Shown in pieces: positions 25,631 to 35,256 of a stretch of 64,000 nt of DNA. This stretch comes from a virus (lineage: Duplodnaviria; Caudoviricetes). The stretch's first letter is position 1. Every line of letters begins with the position of its first letter. A program made the translations under genes and the position numbers. The DNA lies in IMG/VR virus record IMGVR_UViG_3300042562_000746, positions 62,251 to 126,250 of that record; one strand, 5' to 3'. Under the pieces are notes generated by a model, which made no database searches, was not told the DNA's origin, and worked only from the letters and a program-made list of their open reading frames with translations.

Positions 25631-26491
25631 TTATGAATTAAATAAGTCATCAAATGCTGCTGCCACATCTACTTTAGGTGCGGGTGCAGCTGTCTCATCA
25701 TCATCCCAAGGTAAATCATTAACTAATCCACTTCCACCAATTTGAGGTGCAGCATCTTTAGTTACTAATTGTTCTTCAACTTTCTTTGGTTGAGGTGCTA
25801 ATGTTTGTTGAGAAACAGAAGGAGTTGGATTTTCTTCTTCAAGCACTGCCGTTGGGTTTAACCAATTCTCTAACACAGTCTTTAATTCTGCATAAGATAA
25901 TTCTGAATAGATATCAGTAATATCAGTTTGCTCATCTAACAATTTAGTTGCGATTGTAGAATTATCATGTAATAAAGATACATTTGGTTTTACTCTGATT
26001 CGAGTTTCAGGATATGTTTTACCTGCTTCCTCTACAATTTCAATAACAATATCTCTACCATTTGTTTCATCGGTAATATCGCCGTAATCAGGATCAGCTA
26101 CGATAGCTAAAATCTCTTGATACACAGTCTTACCAAATCCCCAAAATTTAACACCTTCGTTTTCTTGACCTCTGATTACCACAGGTGCGAAAGTTCTTAA
26201 TTTAGGCTCCATTTTCTTACCCGCTTTCCAATTCTCAGTATCACCTAATTTCTTAAGTTTTTCTGCGAACTCTAAAATTGGGTCAGGTCTTCCAAAAGAA
26301 GCTGGACTCAAATAAGTTTTGTTGTTAATGTTGTAGTGAAATAACAATTCAATGAAAGGATTTTCCTTATTGAATTTGTAAGGTACGATACGAACTTGGT
26401 ACTTTCCAGGTTTGGTTTTCCACAATGAGTCCGTTTTCTTCGAAGTGTTTTGCAACGAATTAAGACGTTGCTTGATTGCATTAATGTTCAT
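25631..26491 (-). CDS. single-stranded DNA-binding protein (T4 gp32-like)
   Basis: WK...G...VRIVP, WGFGKTVY, DITD...GRD, acidic tail AFDDLF; next to recA. Confidence 0.8.
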   Translation of the reverse strand: MNINAIKQRLNSLQNTSKKTDSLWKTKPGKYQVRIVPYKFNKENPFIELLFHYNINNKTYLSPASFGRPDPILEFAEKLKKLGDTENWKAGKKMEPKLRTFAPVVIRGQENEGVKFWGFGKTVYQEILAIVADPDYGDITDETNGRDIVIEIVEEAGKTYPETRIRVKPNVSLLHDNSTIATKLLDEQTDITDIYSELSYAELKTVLENWLNPTAVLEEENPTPSVSQQTLAPQPKKVEEQLVTKDAAPQIGGSGLVNDLPWDDDETAAPAPKVDVAAAFDDLFNS

Positions 26492-26590
26492 GCTGCTTTG
26501 TTTTTAATGTTTAAAAATTTGTTTTTAAGTTTTAAGATTATCGCGATTTAATCTCACGTATAAATATCGATTTTCTTAATTCCTATACAA

Positions 26591-26622
26591 TAAAGATACG
26601 ATATTTTTTTGGAACTACCAAA
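26591..26622 (-). promoter_or_regulatory. Bacteroidota-type sigma promoter
   Basis: TTTG-N20-TATCTTTA upstream of SSB. Confidence 0.7.
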
Positions 26623-26922
26623 TTATTTAGAGAGTAATTTTATCCTTCTTTCAAGGTAAAAAACTGCTTTCTTCAAATCCTCTAGTTCCTTTGCTGGGTC
26701 CTTCTTTCCGGCCCTTGCTATGTATTTTGCTACATTGAATAGGTATGCATCTTTGTCTAATCCCCACGCTTCACATACCTTTATTACTTCGTATGGGTTA
26801 TCGATACCACCATAATATGCTGGTCCGTTTACCATTTCTTTTTGTGGAGCAGGTGGTGTGTGTTTGAAATTCGGTAAACTATCTGTAAATTCGTCTTTTC
26901 TTATTTTTGGTTTTGCTGGCAT
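26623..26922 (-). CDS. DUF3310-like protein
   Basis: VNGPAYY, NVAKYIARAGKK, EDLKKAVFYL. Confidence 0.8.
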   Translation of the reverse strand: MPAKPKIRKDEFTDSLPNFKHTPPAPQKEMVNGPAYYGGIDNPYEVIKVCEAWGLDKDAYLFNVAKYIARAGKKDPAKELEDLKKAVFYLERRIKLLSK

Positions 26923-26940
26923 ATAAGGTATTTATGTGAT

Positions 26941-27504
26941 TTATATTAATCCTGTTTTTTTAGGTATGTTAAGTTGTAAATTATATACCAATGAGTATCT
27001 GTAATTTGGGAACACCGGACTTGGTACTCTACCTGTATGTGGTATACCTGCATCAAACAATACCAATCTACCTGGTTTTGGTAATACACTTTTTATTATT
27101 TCAGCATCACTTCCTATTTTATCAAAAAATACAGTTTCAGAACCCCAATTTGCATCCCAATTATCATTGCCATATATTATTGCTGTAATATTATTGAATC
27201 CGTTTATCACGCCATCATCATGAATTGAGAGGACATCTGAGTATTTGTATGCATTTATCATAATTCTTTTACATATATATTCATTGTTTAATATTGGTAA
27301 TAAAAATATTTTATTTAATATTTCATTATAAAAATTAATATTAATATCTTCATTATTTACTTTTTTGGCCATTGACCATCTTCTATCCATTCTATCTGCA
27401 TTGGAATATTCGATACCCGTTAAATATAAATCAGATGACCAGAGTATATCGTACAATTTTTTAATTTCGTTTTTATCTAAAAAATTATCAATTATTTGAA
27501 ACAT
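26941..27504 (-). CDS. 2OG-Fe(II) oxygenase
   Basis: IHDD, WGSET, PKPGRLVLFD, PH...R. Confidence 0.85.
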   Translation of the reverse strand: MFQIIDNFLDKNEIKKLYDILWSSDLYLTGIEYSNADRMDRRWSMAKKVNNEDININFYNEILNKIFLLPILNNEYICKRIMINAYKYSDVLSIHDDGVINGFNNITAIIYGNDNWDANWGSETVFFDKIGSDAEIIKSVLPKPGRLVLFDAGIPHTGRVPSPVFPNYRYSLVYNLQLNIPKKTGLI

Positions 27505-27581
27505 ATTTTTATTTTTTTTAGCATATCAATTTAACCATTCGTATCCACTAATTTTTGGTTTTGCTGATATATAACTTTTTA

Positions 27582-28160
27582 TTAAATTAAGTTTATTTTT
27601 TCAATTATGTTATGTTTTGTAATTGGCATTACAATTGACCATCTTTCACCACTTGTTATTTCTTTTATTTCGTGCAGAATTCTGCCGTGATAGGATAACG
27701 CCGTGCCTGTTTGTTTTGAAATTAAACATTCATTATTATTATCATCCCAACATATATATTCACCCCCCGTATATGTATCATTTAATTGAATGCCTAAATT
27801 GTATCGTCTTTCTTCAAATCCATGCGATAAATCTATATGCGTTGCAAAGGCATCACCAATACCATACCTATGTAAAGTACATACTCTTACTATGTGGTTA
27901 TGATTTATTTTAATATTACTTACCTCACTAAACCATAACATTAATTTATTAAACATCCACTCTGTTTCTGCTGTATTTTTTATAACATATACATTATATG
28001 ATATGGCCCCGCCACTAGTTGCAACCAATTTATTGTCATCTATAAACTTAAATTTGCCTTCGGTGTTAAAATATTTAGTTAAATCGGTGGGCTGTAAGTT
28101 TACATATGATTTTATTAAAGCACACTCTTCTTCACTAAATAGTTGTTGTTGATAAATCAT
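27582..28160 (-). CDS. 2OG-Fe(II) oxygenase (prolyl hydroxylase-like)
   Basis: HID, QLNDTYTGGE, HEIKEITSGERWS. Confidence 0.85.
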   Translation of the reverse strand: MIYQQQLFSEEECALIKSYVNLQPTDLTKYFNTEGKFKFIDDNKLVATSGGAISYNVYVIKNTAETEWMFNKLMLWFSEVSNIKINHNHIVRVCTLHRYGIGDAFATHIDLSHGFEERRYNLGIQLNDTYTGGEYICWDDNNNECLISKQTGTALSYHGRILHEIKEITSGERWSIVMPITKHNIIEKINLI

Positions 28161-28164
28161 ATAT

Positions 28165-28374
28165 TTATTTTTTTAATCCGTACTTAATCCATTTGTACCA
28201 AACTCTTTCATGTAGATAATACTGAATAGGTTTGTATATTAATTCTGCTACTCCAAATGCGGCACCTACTTTAATTGAACCACTTATCAACCACATTAAT
28301 AAGAATCCAACTAAGGTACTTAAAATACGATATGAGATGGTTTTAGCAATGTGTCTCTTTCTTTCTACTATCAT
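28165..28374 (-). CDS. DUF2061-like small membrane protein
   Basis: KTISYR...YYLHERVW. Confidence 0.8.
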   Translation of the reverse strand: MIVERKRHIAKTISYRILSTLVGFLLMWLISGSIKVGAAFGVAELIYKPIQYYLHERVWYKWIKYGLKK

Positions 28375-28379
28375 ACTTA

Positions 28380-28904
28380 TTAGATAATTTGTTTTTCTTT
28401 TTCCAAGAAAAATTGTAAAGAGTATCTATATTCGGCATCCATATTAACCGTAGTTACGCAATGTTGTATGCCACTATATTGAAATACACCTAAATTTCGT
28501 TTTGGTTCTACTGCACGTATATCTTTATCCGGTTTATACATAAAAATACCACCCCAGTTTGTATCCCATGTTTCATTTAAATACAAAGAAAGAGCTGCTT
28601 TTACATGAGAATCATCGTGCCATGGTATATATGATAATTTAGGCATCATATGTACCATTATACTTGAAACTTTATATGGGATTTTTATTTCAACTTCTTT
28701 TTTTATCTTTTGAAGCAAATCAATTTCATCCGACTTAAATTCATAGATAAGTATAGGTGTAGATGCATTTATAAGTTCTTTTTGCCAGTTACCAAAACTA
28801 GTTGATAGTGGTTTTTCATTATCAGTTATTAATCCTTTTACAAATTTTTGTACTTCTAAAAATAATTCTTCTGATAGAAATGATTCATATTGTGTGATGT
28901 GCAT
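28380..28904 (-). CDS. 2OG-Fe(II) oxygenase
   Basis: WHDD, YLNETWDTNWGG, HCVT, RYSLQ. Confidence 0.85.
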   Translation of the reverse strand: MHITQYESFLSEELFLEVQKFVKGLITDNEKPLSTSFGNWQKELINASTPILIYEFKSDEIDLLQKIKKEVEIKIPYKVSSIMVHMMPKLSYIPWHDDSHVKAALSLYLNETWDTNWGGIFMYKPDKDIRAVEPKRNLGVFQYSGIQHCVTTVNMDAEYRYSLQFFLEKEKQII

Positions 28905-29252
28905 TTATTTATTTTTTATAACTTGTTTACGAATTTGTGTTCCACTTATTTCTGCTATTTCAGTTGGTGGTTCATGATAGATTACATCATAACCAACCCC
29001 TCTACCATAATTTACACTTTCAATATCAGGAATAATACTAAGTAAAATCTTATCTGAATTGTTTACAAAGAATGGTTCGTTCGCTAATTCTTTTAAAACC
29101 TGTTGTGCGGTTTTAGGATTGTTCTCATCTTGTTGAACATCTCTAATTGCTACCCACACATTTTTGTTTTTTTGTAATTGTTGGGTTATTAGCCACTCAT
29201 GTCCTTTGTGCCAATTTTGCCATCTACCAATGTATAATGCGTATGTTTTCAT
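28905..29252 (-). CDS. HxGH nucleotidyltransferase (cytidyltransferase-like)
   Basis: GRWQNWHKGH and ISGTQIR. Confidence 0.8.
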   Translation of the reverse strand: MKTYALYIGRWQNWHKGHEWLITQQLQKNKNVWVAIRDVQQDENNPKTAQQVLKELANEPFFVNNSDKILLSIIPDIESVNYGRGVGYDVIYHEPPTEIAEISGTQIRKQVIKNK

Positions 29253-29276
29253 ATATCCTAATATACAATTTATTTA

Positions 29277-29714
29277 TTAAATTCCCAAATCTTTACGGAG
29301 TTTTTTAAAAGTATCGATTTCTCGCATATCCGTAGTATCTAAATCAATGTAAAATTCGGTAGGTGCTTCATAATTAGAAACATGGAAATTCTCCCTACCT
29401 CTTTCATTTGAAGTATGAACGTAAATTTCTTTTAGGTTTTCACCCATTTCTGATTTGAATTTATCTCGTTGGTCTTTGTAGGGTGAAACCAATGATACCA
29501 CTACGTTGTAACCTTTGTGTTGTAAGAACTTGGCCAATGTTTGTGCATTAGTTATATTCTTTCTACGGCCTTCTTCTGAGTAATCTTTGTTTTGAAATAC
29601 ATCTCTAATGTCATCACCATCAATAGTGATAACTTTATGTATTAAATGAGCTTCCAGCCAATTAGCCATAGTAGTTTTTCCACTACCAGGTTGTCCTGTA
29701 AACCAATATATCAT
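29277..29714 (-). CDS. cysC: adenylylsulfate (APS) kinase
   Basis: WFTGQPGSGKTT, DGDDIR, SLVSPY, YEAP. Confidence 0.88.
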   Translation of the reverse strand: MIYWFTGQPGSGKTTMANWLEAHLIHKVITIDGDDIRDVFQNKDYSEEGRRKNITNAQTLAKFLQHKGYNVVVSLVSPYKDQRDKFKSEMGENLKEIYVHTSNERGRENFHVSNYEAPTEFYIDLDTTDMREIDTFKKLRKDLGI

Positions 29715-29720
29715 AACTAT

Positions 29721-30119
29721 TTATTTTGTCAAATCTATCACATCAAATACTCTAGTGTATATTTTTTTTACACCTTCGGTATTTGTAACCAATATACAAT
29801 TTCTATATTTTTCCCAATCCACTTCAAATTTATTATCTAATTGTCCACCGGTCGCTTCCATAATAACATTGTTCAAAGCATTGATTGTGTATAATGTATT
29901 ACTTTGTTTTTTTCTATGAACCAAAATAGTTTTCATTTCTAAGTTTGGTTGTTGATTTTCTACTACCACATTATAAGTTACAAACAATTCATTTGGAATA
30001 TTTTTGTTTTGAAGAACATATATGTAGTTATAAGCTAATGTATAATTGCTTTTAATTAATTCTAAGTGATTTTCTACATCTGTTTTTGTACTAAAAGTAC
30101 AAAGTAATTGTGTCTTCAT
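29721..30119 (-). CDS. hypothetical phage protein
   Basis: 132-aa ORF (LLCTF...HRKKQSNTLYTINALN). Confidence 0.75.
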   Translation of the reverse strand: MKTQLLCTFSTKTDVENHLELIKSNYTLAYNYIYVLQNKNIPNELFVTYNVVVENQQPNLEMKTILVHRKKQSNTLYTINALNNVIMEATGGQLDNKFEVDWEKYRNCILVTNTEGVKKIYTRVFDVIDLTK

Positions 30120-30132
30120 TTATTTTATTTTC

Positions 30133-32601
30133 CTAATCTAATGAAATAATATGTGATGAATTTGGATTATTCATTGCTAATGACATACATCCTTTTGGTC
30201 CATTTTGTACATTTGCAGTTGCTGCAATTCCTGGATCATAACTCCAACTCATTCCACATTTATTTAACAATTGATTCTTTTTGAAATTACCTTTACCATC
30301 AAATAATTCTCTACTATTTTTAAATAAAGTATATTTTAAATCTTTATTATAAATTTGCTCTACTGCTGCCCCCATTCTTGCCCATAAACTAACCATTCTT
30401 TTATATTTATCTTTTCCTTTTTTATCTAAACAATTCCCCGCTCCTTTTTTATCAACCTTACCTGCAATTAAATCACCTTGATGTTGACCTTCTTTTCTAA
30501 TTTTAAATGCTTCTTCTTTAGAAATGATACCACTTTTAACTGCATCATCTATATATGATTCAATCATTTTTTCTTGTTTATCAATTTCCTTATCGTCTGG
30601 TAATTGATTTATAATATCTTCGTATTCTCCTAATTTTTTACTTTGTTCTTCTTTTGATAATTTAGTCCATCGTTTACTTGCTTCTTTTTTAGCATATTCG
30701 GTTGCTTCTTCTTCTGTTTTACCTACCTTAATTGCTGCTTTATAATCTTTATCAAATCCTTCTAATCTTGGATTTTGTTTTGCAAACCTATCTTTATTTC
30801 TAAATGCAAATGTGTAAGTATTCATCATTTCCAATGTTCTATCTTTTGTTTTAAATTTACCATCTTTACCACCAAAAAATTCAGATTGTAAAACCCTCTC
30901 AATACCACTACTTGCACCACCTTCTAAAAATTTTTCAGATACGCCGCCTGTAAATACTAAACTTTCAATAATGTTAGATACTTTACCTGTTATTTGTTCT
31001 GCTAAATCTTTTCCTTGTGTATTTTGTTTTAAAATATCTCTAGGTGCAAATACTATAATGTCTGAAATTTGAAATGTACTATCTGCTGGTAAATATGCTT
31101 CATATCCTTGTCCTAAATACGCCGAATATCGTAGTACCTCAACAAAATCAGGAACACCTTGTCTAAATGATGGACTCTTTACCATAAGTTCCATTAAATG
31201 CTCTATCTTACCAACATACTCATCTCTTAATTTTTTTTGTTGCTCCGGTGGTAATTTATCAAAATTTGGAGTTTCGTATGGAGATTTTGTATCATTATAA
31301 AATTTTAATATTTGAGCTTCTTCTGGTCTTAGTTGACCTTTATTTGCTTTTCTAAAAAAAGATTCAAATTTCTTAATACTTTTTTCTTTTACATTTTTTA
31401 AAATAGTATTTCTACCTTCGTTTGTTGTAGGCTCAGCTCCCCAATCAATCATTTTTATATTATTACCACCTTTTGAAAAATAATCAACTACACCATTGTT
31501 TTGTTCCGCTGCTATTATTAATTTATCTGCTTGTTTATTTGCTTCTTCCGCAGACATCTTCTGGTTTTTGATAAATGATTTAACCAATTCATCTCTTTTT
31601 GGTAGATTTACTTTTTCTATCTTTTGTCCATTTCCGAATTGAAATGAATTACCATCGTGTTTAATTGGAGTATCAACACTATTTGGATTAATACTCATTG
31701 CAGTAACACCTTTCTTTGGAACTGGTGGAGTTGCTGGTCCTGAACTAGAGTTCCCATCATTACTATTTCCAAAATTATTCTTTCCGTATTGAACTAATTT
31801 ATCTAAGTTTTTATTACCAACTTTAACTTTAATATGTTTAGTTGCTTTTCCTGGAGGATATACAATATAAACCGCCGCATCTGTTGGATTATCTTTAACT
31901 CTCAAATAATTTGCTGCAATTTGTTTTTCTTTTGCATTTAAGTTTTGACCATTTAATGTCTTTGTTAATGCTGTTATAATTCCTACGCCATCTTTTGTAG
32001 GTATTCCTCCGGCTTTGATTATCTTAGCCAATTCTTTATTTGCTGCACTAATAGTAACTTTTGCTAATTTAGGGTCATCAATAATTGGACCTGATTTAGT
32101 TGATTTTTGTTGTGGTGCTACTTTAGAATTTGGTTTTTCTTGTGGTTTTTGCTTAGCATAGTATTGTGGTTCTTCCGGATTAGGGTCATCAATCATATCC
32201 ACATTTTTTTCACTATAACCAGCCCCTTTTAACATTGCAGCTGCTGCGTGATATGCCGACCTTGCTCCACTACCTTTTTGGTCTTTATAATTTAATGCTG
32301 ATGCTACGGTTACATCTCTACCTGTATCTGCATTTTTTACTTTCTTTTTTAAAATTGCCGCTAACTTAGGGTCAGTGCCATCTTTCTTAGGTGCTTCCAA
32401 TGTAAATTTCTTTGGTGCTAAACTAATAGCTTCCATCAATTCTATATCGGTAAATGCTTCTGCACCGAATTGTTCCAATACTGAACGTAAATGTTCTAAT
32501 TGTTCTTTGTTATCAAAGTTTGGAATTGGATATGTAACACAAAATTCTGTTAAAACCTCATCAATAATTTCACTAAGATTGTCTAAGTTAAAGTTCATCA
32601 T
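30133..32601 (-). CDS. large Lys-rich hypothetical protein, possibly virion-internal
   Basis: 822-aa ORF; N-terminal LMEA and TLEA sites resemble prohead-protease (L/I-x-E) sites. Confidence 0.7.
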   Translation of the reverse strand: MMNFNLDNLSEIIDEVLTEFCVTYPIPNFDNKEQLEHLRSVLEQFGAEAFTDIELMEAISLAPKKFTLEAPKKDGTDPKLAAILKKKVKNADTGRDVTVASALNYKDQKGSGARSAYHAAAAMLKGAGYSEKNVDMIDDPNPEEPQYYAKQKPQEKPNSKVAPQQKSTKSGPIIDDPKLAKVTISAANKELAKIIKAGGIPTKDGVGIITALTKTLNGQNLNAKEKQIAANYLRVKDNPTDAAVYIVYPPGKATKHIKVKVGNKNLDKLVQYGKNNFGNSNDGNSSSGPATPPVPKKGVTAMSINPNSVDTPIKHDGNSFQFGNGQKIEKVNLPKRDELVKSFIKNQKMSAEEANKQADKLIIAAEQNNGVVDYFSKGGNNIKMIDWGAEPTTNEGRNTILKNVKEKSIKKFESFFRKANKGQLRPEEAQILKFYNDTKSPYETPNFDKLPPEQQKKLRDEYVGKIEHLMELMVKSPSFRQGVPDFVEVLRYSAYLGQGYEAYLPADSTFQISDIIVFAPRDILKQNTQGKDLAEQITGKVSNIIESLVFTGGVSEKFLEGGASSGIERVLQSEFFGGKDGKFKTKDRTLEMMNTYTFAFRNKDRFAKQNPRLEGFDKDYKAAIKVGKTEEEATEYAKKEASKRWTKLSKEEQSKKLGEYEDIINQLPDDKEIDKQEKMIESYIDDAVKSGIISKEEAFKIRKEGQHQGDLIAGKVDKKGAGNCLDKKGKDKYKRMVSLWARMGAAVEQIYNKDLKYTLFKNSRELFDGKGNFKKNQLLNKCGMSWSYDPGIAATANVQNGPKGCMSLAMNNPNSSHIISLD

Positions 32602-33934
32602 AATTTTTTCCGGTCGTTGTTTTTATTTGATACCTACCATAACCACCTTTTAATATAGGTATGATATCAGTATATAAATATTGTTTTTCTGACGGATACA
32701 CATCAAATACAAACGCATCGTATGTATATAATATCAATTTTGTGTGTTTTCCTTCTAATTTCTCTTTTATTTTTAATATTTTTCGTATATTTCTTTCAGT
32801 TTCGTATGCTTGAATATAATAATTAAGAACTTTTGCGGGAGTTATAGGTTCTAATCTTTCAATACCAAACTGAATATGATATGAATGCGTAAAAATTGCT
32901 TTGTTTTTTACCATTGTTTCTGATAATAAGTCAGTAAGATGTTGTATCTCTTTAAAATATTGAATATCTAATAACTCGCTCCTAATACCGCCATATAAAT
33001 TTTGGAATATTAAAGTTTTTACTTCATTTCTATCATCAATACCAATTTGATTTCCAATCCATGTATAAAAATCTAACCCACTACCATAGAAATCCTTCAT
33101 CCATTGCATATCTTTTACATTTGCAGTTGAATTTAATTTCATTTGATAAATAATATCCATCAATAATCTTGGGTGATATGCTTCATAATCACAACTAATC
33201 AATTCACCACCATCAAATCTACTTATAAATGCTTTTCTTTCACCTGTATCCTTTTTAAGTGCAGCATAGTTTACACCACCATATCGGTTCGATGGTCGGA
33301 GTGTAGATGTCATTAGGTTATATTGAGTATAAACCATATTATCCTTTGTTAAATGAACTGGATTGTAGGTTAAAACGTAATCCCCATCTATCTTTAATCC
33401 ACTACTTTCAATATAACTAAATGCTTTTGTTGCATCATCTATATATTTAATTGAATTTTTATTTACATTTAGTGAAAACTTAGAAACATATTGTTGTATA
33501 AGTTCTAATTGTTTAACCATTGGAATACTATCATTCAAATATGGTTCACCTTTAAACTTTGATTTGTAAAATTGGTTTAACTGATTATCTCCTAACTCAA
33601 CATCATGATAACCATACTCAATAAATTTAGCTAAATCTACATCAAATCCTTTTGTAAAATTTAATATTTGTGAAATTGCTTTGTAATTAAAAATTAACTG
33701 AGGGTGTATTGTATCTAATAATTGTTCTAATGCTTCTACTTTAATTCCTAACCCATCACCATTGTTCACATTTATAACCCACTCATTCTTTTTTGATTTT
33801 ACATAAATAAAAGATATACGATTATTCATCACATGCTTTTCTTCATCTGATAATCTAACGTATATTAAATTAGTATGCTTTCTATATTCTATTAAGAAAC
33901 TTTGGAATTCAAATTTATCTTCTACAAATGTCAT
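32588..33934 (-). CDS. compact family A DNA polymerase-like protein
   Basis: Motif A DYEAYHPRL, motif B KTLIFQNLYG, motif C YTYDAFVFD, TSTLRPS. Confidence 0.75.
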   Translation of the reverse strand: MTFVEDKFEFQSFLIEYRKHTNLIYVRLSDEEKHVMNNRISFIYVKSKKNEWVINVNNGDGLGIKVEALEQLLDTIHPQLIFNYKAISQILNFTKGFDVDLAKFIEYGYHDVELGDNQLNQFYKSKFKGEPYLNDSIPMVKQLELIQQYVSKFSLNVNKNSIKYIDDATKAFSYIESSGLKIDGDYVLTYNPVHLTKDNMVYTQYNLMTSTLRPSNRYGGVNYAALKKDTGERKAFISRFDGGELISCDYEAYHPRLLMDIIYQMKLNSTANVKDMQWMKDFYGSGLDFYTWIGNQIGIDDRNEVKTLIFQNLYGGIRSELLDIQYFKEIQHLTDLLSETMVKNKAIFTHSYHIQFGIERLEPITPAKVLNYYIQAYETERNIRKILKIKEKLEGKHTKLILYTYDAFVFDVYPSEKQYLYTDIIPILKGGYGRYQIKTTTGKNYDEL

Positions 33935-33939
33935 ATATC

Positions 33940-33970
33940 CAAAGATAATACATTTTGGTTATAATACAAA
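33940..33970 (-). promoter_or_regulatory. Bacteroidota-type sigma promoter (exact consensus)
   Basis: TTTG-N19-TATCTTTG. Confidence 0.72.
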
Positions 33971-33973
33971 ATA

Positions 33974-34000
33974 AAAAGGAGAGTAATTAAACTCTCCTTT
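33974..34000 (-). terminator. intrinsic terminator
   Basis: AAAGGAGAGT/ACTCTCCTTT hairpin plus T-rich tail after the PhyH gene. Confidence 0.75.
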
Positions 34001-34009
34001 CGTTTGTGA

Positions 34010-34819
34010 TTAGAAACCACCGTAATTTTTTTCATCAGATTCTGTCCAATGTTTCGCTTTTAAAGCGTGTAAATCAATTGGCTCTCTTTTCATATGCCCA
34101 CCTTTGTTAAAGTTTGCACCTTTTTTTAAGTAACCACCCAAAAAGTTCCTACGGAATCGATTTGAGTTATTTGTCTCCGAGCCATGGATGTTGTGTGAAT
34201 GTAACAAAACTACTTGACCCTTTCTGCAATGTCCTTCGATTTTTCTAAAGTCATGTCCTTCGGGCATAACACACGGTTTACCTCTTTCATTTCTCCAAAA
34301 AGTAGGATTGGTTTTTGTTCTCTCCTCATCTACTTCAATTGGTAAAATTGGTAATCTATGTGAACCTTCGTAAACCCACACTGCTCCATTTTCAGGATCG
34401 TGATTATCTAAAGCCAAAGAAGTGTTGATGATTTCGTTGTGTTTGCAACCTGTGTAAAATGCATTTTGATGCTGGTCTCTACCTAATTGTCCAGGTGGTT
34501 TAAAGTAACACCAAGTCTGCATTCCTTCTGCTTCACCTTCCATTAAATATTCTACTGCTTCCAAAACTTTTGGATGACAAAATAGTTTTTCTAATTTAGC
34601 TGAAATTTTATGTGGATATGAAAACGGGTCCCAATCTCCCCACTCTTTACCATCTTCGGTAGTAGTGCCGATTCTTTGTTGACGAAGTGTTTCTAACTCC
34701 GTGTTAATTTCATCACACTCTTCTTCTGTTAATAAATCTAATATTGTGAATCCTTTGTAACGCCAATCAAATGTAATTTGTTGGACCTCTTCTTCACTAA
34801 GATGTTTTAATTTTGCCAT
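34010..34819 (-). CDS. phytanoyl-CoA dioxygenase (PhyH) family oxygenase
   Basis: FKPPG..G..QHQN, ENG, GSH, HGSETNNSNRFRR. Confidence 0.85.
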   Translation of the reverse strand: MAKLKHLSEEEVQQITFDWRYKGFTILDLLTEEECDEINTELETLRQQRIGTTTEDGKEWGDWDPFSYPHKISAKLEKLFCHPKVLEAVEYLMEGEAEGMQTWCYFKPPGQLGRDQHQNAFYTGCKHNEIINTSLALDNHDPENGAVWVYEGSHRLPILPIEVDEERTKTNPTFWRNERGKPCVMPEGHDFRKIEGHCRKGQVVLLHSHNIHGSETNNSNRFRRNFLGGYLKKGANFNKGGHMKREPIDLHALKAKHWTESDEKNYGGF

Positions 34820-34888
34820 ATAACTTGTTTTATTTATTATAAATATAATCTATTATTTTTTACTAACCAAATAATAATATGACTTTTA

Positions 34889-35254
34889 TCACATTTTAGA
34901 AAACAACGTAAGATTTTTTAAATAGGTATCTAAATTAGAAATATCTAATTTTCCTAAATTAATTGATTTTCTATTTGCAGTTTCTATTTCGTATTGTTCA
35001 CCACTTACTTTCCATCTAATACGAGTTGTTATAAATAAAGGGTCTTTTTTATATTTTTCGTTAGTATCTGTATTAATTTCAAATATAGTCCCATTTACTT
35101 CATTTCTTTTTCTAATAAAATATCTATAAATAAACCCAATCTGATAATCTCTTTCTATTAATTTTGGTTCATATGGAGATAATACGGGTTGTTTATATAC
35201 CTTTTTTTTATTTATAGTATTATACCTATCAATTATATTTTGATTTATTACCAT
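34889..35254 (-). CDS. hypothetical protein (end of baseplate module)
   Basis: 121-aa ORF contiguous with baseplate genes. Confidence 0.7.
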   Translation of the reverse strand: MVINQNIIDRYNTINKKKVYKQPVLSPYEPKLIERDYQIGFIYRYFIRKRNEVNGTIFEINTDTNEKYKKDPLFITTRIRWKVSGEQYEIETANRKSINLGKLDISNLDTYLKNLTLFSKM

Positions 35255-35256
35255 TA

